This document shows, piece after piece, positions 61,057 to 64,000 of a DNA stretch of 64,000 nt (its first letter is position 1; each line of letters starts with the position of its first letter). Origin of the DNA: a bacterium (GTDB taxonomy: Bacteria; UBA8248); contig OZ242260.1 of the NCBI GenBank assembly GCA_965207065.1, positions 2,528,001 to 2,592,000 of the forward strand, written 5' to 3'. The notes under the pieces were generated by a model that did not search any database, was not told the DNA's origin, and saw only the letters and a program-made list of their open reading frames with translations. The position numbers and the translations under genes were made by a program.

Positions 61057-61911
61057 ATGAAAGCCGATAAGGTGGGTGCCGGATTTATCCTATTCCGTAG
61101 CGAGTACTGGTCTCGGGATCGGATGGTTAGAGCCGCCTCTTATCTGTTTGCTCTCATCGCCTGGGAAGTGACGGGCCGCGTCGTCGGTCCGCTTTTCCTC
61201 GCAGGCCCCTCCCAGGTCGCCGTGGCGTTGTCCGAAGTGGTTCTCTCGGGCGAACTGCCTCTTGCGCTCCTGGTGAGCCTCCAGGCTTTCGCCGTGGGGT
61301 TCGTCGTCGCGATGGTATCGGCGATTCCGCTCGGCATGCTCATGGGCCGGTTCGAATCCGTCGAGCGTTTCTTCGAGCCCTACATTGCGGCATTTTTCGT
61401 CACGCCTGTCTCAGCCCTGATCCCCATGGTCATCATCTGGTTCGGGATCGGCATCGAGGCCCGCGTCGTCGTCGTATTCTCATTCTGTTTTTTCGACATC
61501 GTCATCAACACGTTCAACGGCGTCCGCGATGTCCGCTACGAGTTGGTGGAGCCGGTTCGCTCGTTGGGCGCCACCCAGAAACAGATTTTTATGAAAGTCA
61601 TTCTCCCGGCGGCCGCTCCGTTCGTCATGTCCGGAATACGGCTGGGGCTGGGGAGAGCGATTCGAGGCATGGTGATCGCTGAACTGCTCCTCGCCACGAC
61701 GGGGCTGGGCGGGATGATAGTCACATACAGCGCTGTGTTTCGCACGGACGTAATCTTCGCCGTCCTGGTGGTGATAGTGGTACTCGGAGTCGGCTCGGTG
61801 CGCCTCATCAAGGCGATGGAAAGCCGCCTGTTCCCCTGGAAGGAGACGAGCACTATCCGGGGAGGCTTCGAGGGCAGCGCGCGTACGGCTCCCGCGCCCG
61901 CCGAGGGATAG
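61057..61911 (+). CDS. NitT/TauT-family ABC permease
   Basis: P..ALIPMVIIWFGIG, NTFNGV, RSLGA, KVILPAA. Confidence 0.9.
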   Translation: MKADKVGAGFILFRSEYWSRDRMVRAASYLFALIAWEVTGRVVGPLFLAGPSQVAVALSEVVLSGELPLALLVSLQAFAVGFVVAMVSAIPLGMLMGRFESVERFFEPYIAAFFVTPVSALIPMVIIWFGIGIEARVVVVFSFCFFDIVINTFNGVRDVRYELVEPVRSLGATQKQIFMKVILPAAAPFVMSGIRLGLGRAIRGMVIAELLLATTGLGGMIVTYSAVFRTDVIFAVLVVIVVLGVGSVRLIKAMESRLFPWKETSTIRGGFEGSARTAPAPAEG

Positions 61912-61993
61912 ACGCAACGAACCGCAAGAAATGCGGGTCGTTTATTGCAAGAGGGCATCTTTTCCGATTTCAAAACTTTGAGGGAGGAAAGAC

Positions 61994-63028
61994 ATGAGGC
62001 ACTTCGCAAGATTCAAAACCCGATTCGGCTTGTTTCTCACGGTGGCGACGATGACCCTGGGGCTCTTGTTCGTGACGACGCCCGCGCCTGTCCACGCGGC
62101 CAAAACGATACAGGTGGTCTACCCTGCCGGCTTGGACATGGAAAAAGGCGCCATGGTCGTCGGCTGGGATCTGTTCATGAAAGACGTCAAGGTCAATCCG
62201 GTGATCCTGAAAGGCCAGGGTTCGGTGGCAAGGGCGTTGGCGTCCGGCAAGGTAGATGTCGGGTATCTCACCTTCTCCGTATTCGCCCGGGTAGTGGCCA
62301 AGGGGGCGAAACTCGTTTCGCTCGCCGTCTCCGAGCAGAAGCTCGTCTGGGGCGTGATAGCGAAAAAAGACATCAAATCCGTCAAGGCCCTCAAGGGGAA
62401 GCGAGTCGCCGTCCATGCGCCTGCGGGCATCAGCGCCTCGATCATCGACTACTACGCCGCTACGTCCGGCTATAACAGGAAAGATTTCCAAATGTACTAC
62501 ATCCGGGGGGGTGAGAACCGCATCGCGGCCCTCCTCGCCGGAAAGCTGGACGCCACGGTCGCCGCTCTCATCGACGCGAACGAGGCGATCAACACAGGCA
62601 AGTACAAGGTGCTTTCTGTTTTCGGCGAGGTCGCCCCCGATGTCGTCGGCCCCATGCTGGTCGCCACGCAGAAGTTCGTGAAGGAAAATCCCGGCACCGC
62701 GCAAAAGCTCGTGACCGCCGCGATCCAGGGGATGCGCCTCGCGTATGACGATCCCAAGAGATTCGCAGCGGCTCTCAAAAAGCGCGCGCCCTACAACAAC
62801 GAAAAACTCCTGTGGCAAGGGCATAAGGGTTTCGTCAAATACCAGCTCTGGCCGAGAAACGGCGGTGCGCCGCTCCTGAAAACGCTGCAGAAGAGCCTCG
62901 CCTGGTTCGGGAAGAACGCGGCGGGCGAAGCCAAGAAAATGCAGTACGACAAGGGGTTCCGCATCACGAAAGATCACGTGGCTCCCCAGTTCCTGGGAGC
63001 GGCGCTCAAGAAACTGGGCGGGAAATAA
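61994..63028 (+). CDS. NitT/TauT-family ABC substrate-binding protein
   Basis: Signal peptide; ALASGKVD, IKSVKALKGKRVAV, AALLAGKLDA. Confidence 0.88.
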   Translation: MRHFARFKTRFGLFLTVATMTLGLLFVTTPAPVHAAKTIQVVYPAGLDMEKGAMVVGWDLFMKDVKVNPVILKGQGSVARALASGKVDVGYLTFSVFARVVAKGAKLVSLAVSEQKLVWGVIAKKDIKSVKALKGKRVAVHAPAGISASIIDYYAATSGYNRKDFQMYYIRGGENRIAALLAGKLDATVAALIDANEAINTGKYKVLSVFGEVAPDVVGPMLVATQKFVKENPGTAQKLVTAAIQGMRLAYDDPKRFAAALKKRAPYNNEKLLWQGHKGFVKYQLWPRNGGAPLLKTLQKSLAWFGKNAAGEAKKMQYDKGFRITKDHVAPQFLGAALKKLGGK

Positions 63029-63037
63029 GGGGATTTT

Positions 63038-63844
63038 GTGGGTTCGAAAATCGTCGTTCGAAACATTTCGAAGACGTTCGTAAAAAAGAGCGGCGGGAAG
63101 GGTGACAGCGCAGTAGAGGCGCTCAAGGACGTATCCTTCGAGGTGATGGAGCAGGAATTCGTCTGCATCGTGGGTCCCAGCGGCTGCGGGAAGACGACGC
63201 TCTTGCGCATCATCGACGGGCTGATTCCCGCCGATGCTGGAGATATCCTGATCGACGGACGCATTGTCGGCGCGCCGGCCCAGGACCGGGGGATGGTTTT
63301 CCAGACCTTCGGCCTGCTCCCTTGGCGGACGGTGGCGGACAACGTCGCCATCGGGCTCGAGATAGCGGGCATGGAAGCGCAGAAACAAAGGTCCATCGTC
63401 CAGCGGTGGATTAAGGTCGTGGGTCTGGCCGGGTTCGAACACTACTATCCTCATGAGCTTTCGGGCGGCATGCAGCAGCGCGTCGGTCTCGCGAGGGTGC
63501 TCGCCATCGATCCGGTGGTCATCCTGATGGATGAACCCTTCGGCGCGCTCGACGCTCAGACGCGCGAACTCATGCAGGAAGAGTTGCTGCGCATTTGGAA
63601 CCAGGAGAAGAAGACGGTTATCTTCATCACTCACAGCATCGATGAGGCCATCTATCTCGCAGATCGCGTGGTCGTCATGTCGGCCCGGCCTGGCAGAATC
63701 GCGGAAATCCTCCGGGTCGACATTCCCCGCCCGAGGTGGGAGCGCGACGTGCGGGGCACGAAGGCATTCGCCGAACTAAGAGCGCACATCTGGAAAGAGT
63801 TAAGAAAAGACACACCGAGGGTCGGTGCGCCCTCCGGTGATTGA
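63038..63844 (+). CDS. NitT/TauT-family ABC ATP-binding protein
   Basis: GPSGCGKTT, LSGGMQQR, MDEPFGALDAQTR. Confidence 0.93.
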   Translation: MGSKIVVRNISKTFVKKSGGKGDSAVEALKDVSFEVMEQEFVCIVGPSGCGKTTLLRIIDGLIPADAGDILIDGRIVGAPAQDRGMVFQTFGLLPWRTVADNVAIGLEIAGMEAQKQRSIVQRWIKVVGLAGFEHYYPHELSGGMQQRVGLARVLAIDPVVILMDEPFGALDAQTRELMQEELLRIWNQEKKTVIFITHSIDEAIYLADRVVVMSARPGRIAEILRVDIPRPRWERDVRGTKAFAELRAHIWKELRKDTPRVGAPSGD

Positions 63845-63875
63845 ATCATCACTCGTAGAGAGGACACGGCGAGAA

Positions 63876-64000
63876 TTGATAATTGACCTCCACTCCCATT
63901 ACATTCCACCGGCTTATCTTGAACTCGTCCGTGACGAGGGAAACCCCTACGGCCGCCATGTGACGAAACTCCCTTCGGGAGAACCCGCCCTGTTCGGCGA
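63876..64000 (+). CDS. Amidohydrolase family protein, 3'-truncated by the window edge
   Basis: Manual translation from TTG 63876: MIIDLHSHYIPPAYLELVRDEG..., with the IDxHxH motif; not in the ORF track. Confidence 0.7.
   Translation, partial: MIIDLHSHYIPPAYLELVRDEGNPYGRHVTKLPSGEPALFG

Noticed and set aside
61970-63634. 554-aa minus-strand ORF
   Set aside because: Antisense shadow of the ABC transporter genes

Overview
A 64-kb window of a moderately GC-rich Gram-negative (diderm) bacterial chromosome. About 1-30 kb is core envelope housekeeping: lysS (partial), lolC/E, lolD, clpC, bamA, skp, lpxD, fabZ, lpxA, a GnnA-like oxidoreductase, lpxI, lpxB, DUF374, waaA, lpxK, convergent lptFG, a heptose/core-LPS operon (waaF, gmhB, hldA-type kinase, waaC, Trm112-like, GT2, msbA, O-antigen ligase), a D,D-carboxypeptidase and dapA. 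Two tiny translationally coupled ORFs in the LPS operon look like internally deleted remnants of hldC and of a GT4 glycosyltransferase. About 30-45 kb and 54-64 kb are accessory transport and catabolism genes: ABC systems, MFS, aquaporin, D-2-hydroxyacid dehydrogenases, TcuA, an Fe-S protein, a Tat-exported intradiol dioxygenase, amidohydrolases and cyclases. This part includes an OsmC-like gene split by an in-frame UGA at the catalytic-Cys position and followed by a SECIS-like hairpin, so probably a selenoprotein. About 45.9-54.3 kb is the most unusual part. A MITE-like palindromic element precedes a ~8-kb block bracketed by a 27-bp direct repeat. The block holds two TbpB-like surface lipoprotein paralogues, a ~370-nt run of six hairpins directly downstream of them (candidate structured RNA), and a divergently transcribed soluble GAF-PAS-histidine kinase-receiver-winged-helix fusion protein with its own decayed duplicate. 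No rRNA, tRNA, CRISPR array, integrase or transposase was recognised. All calls come from motif recognition by eye, not database searches.
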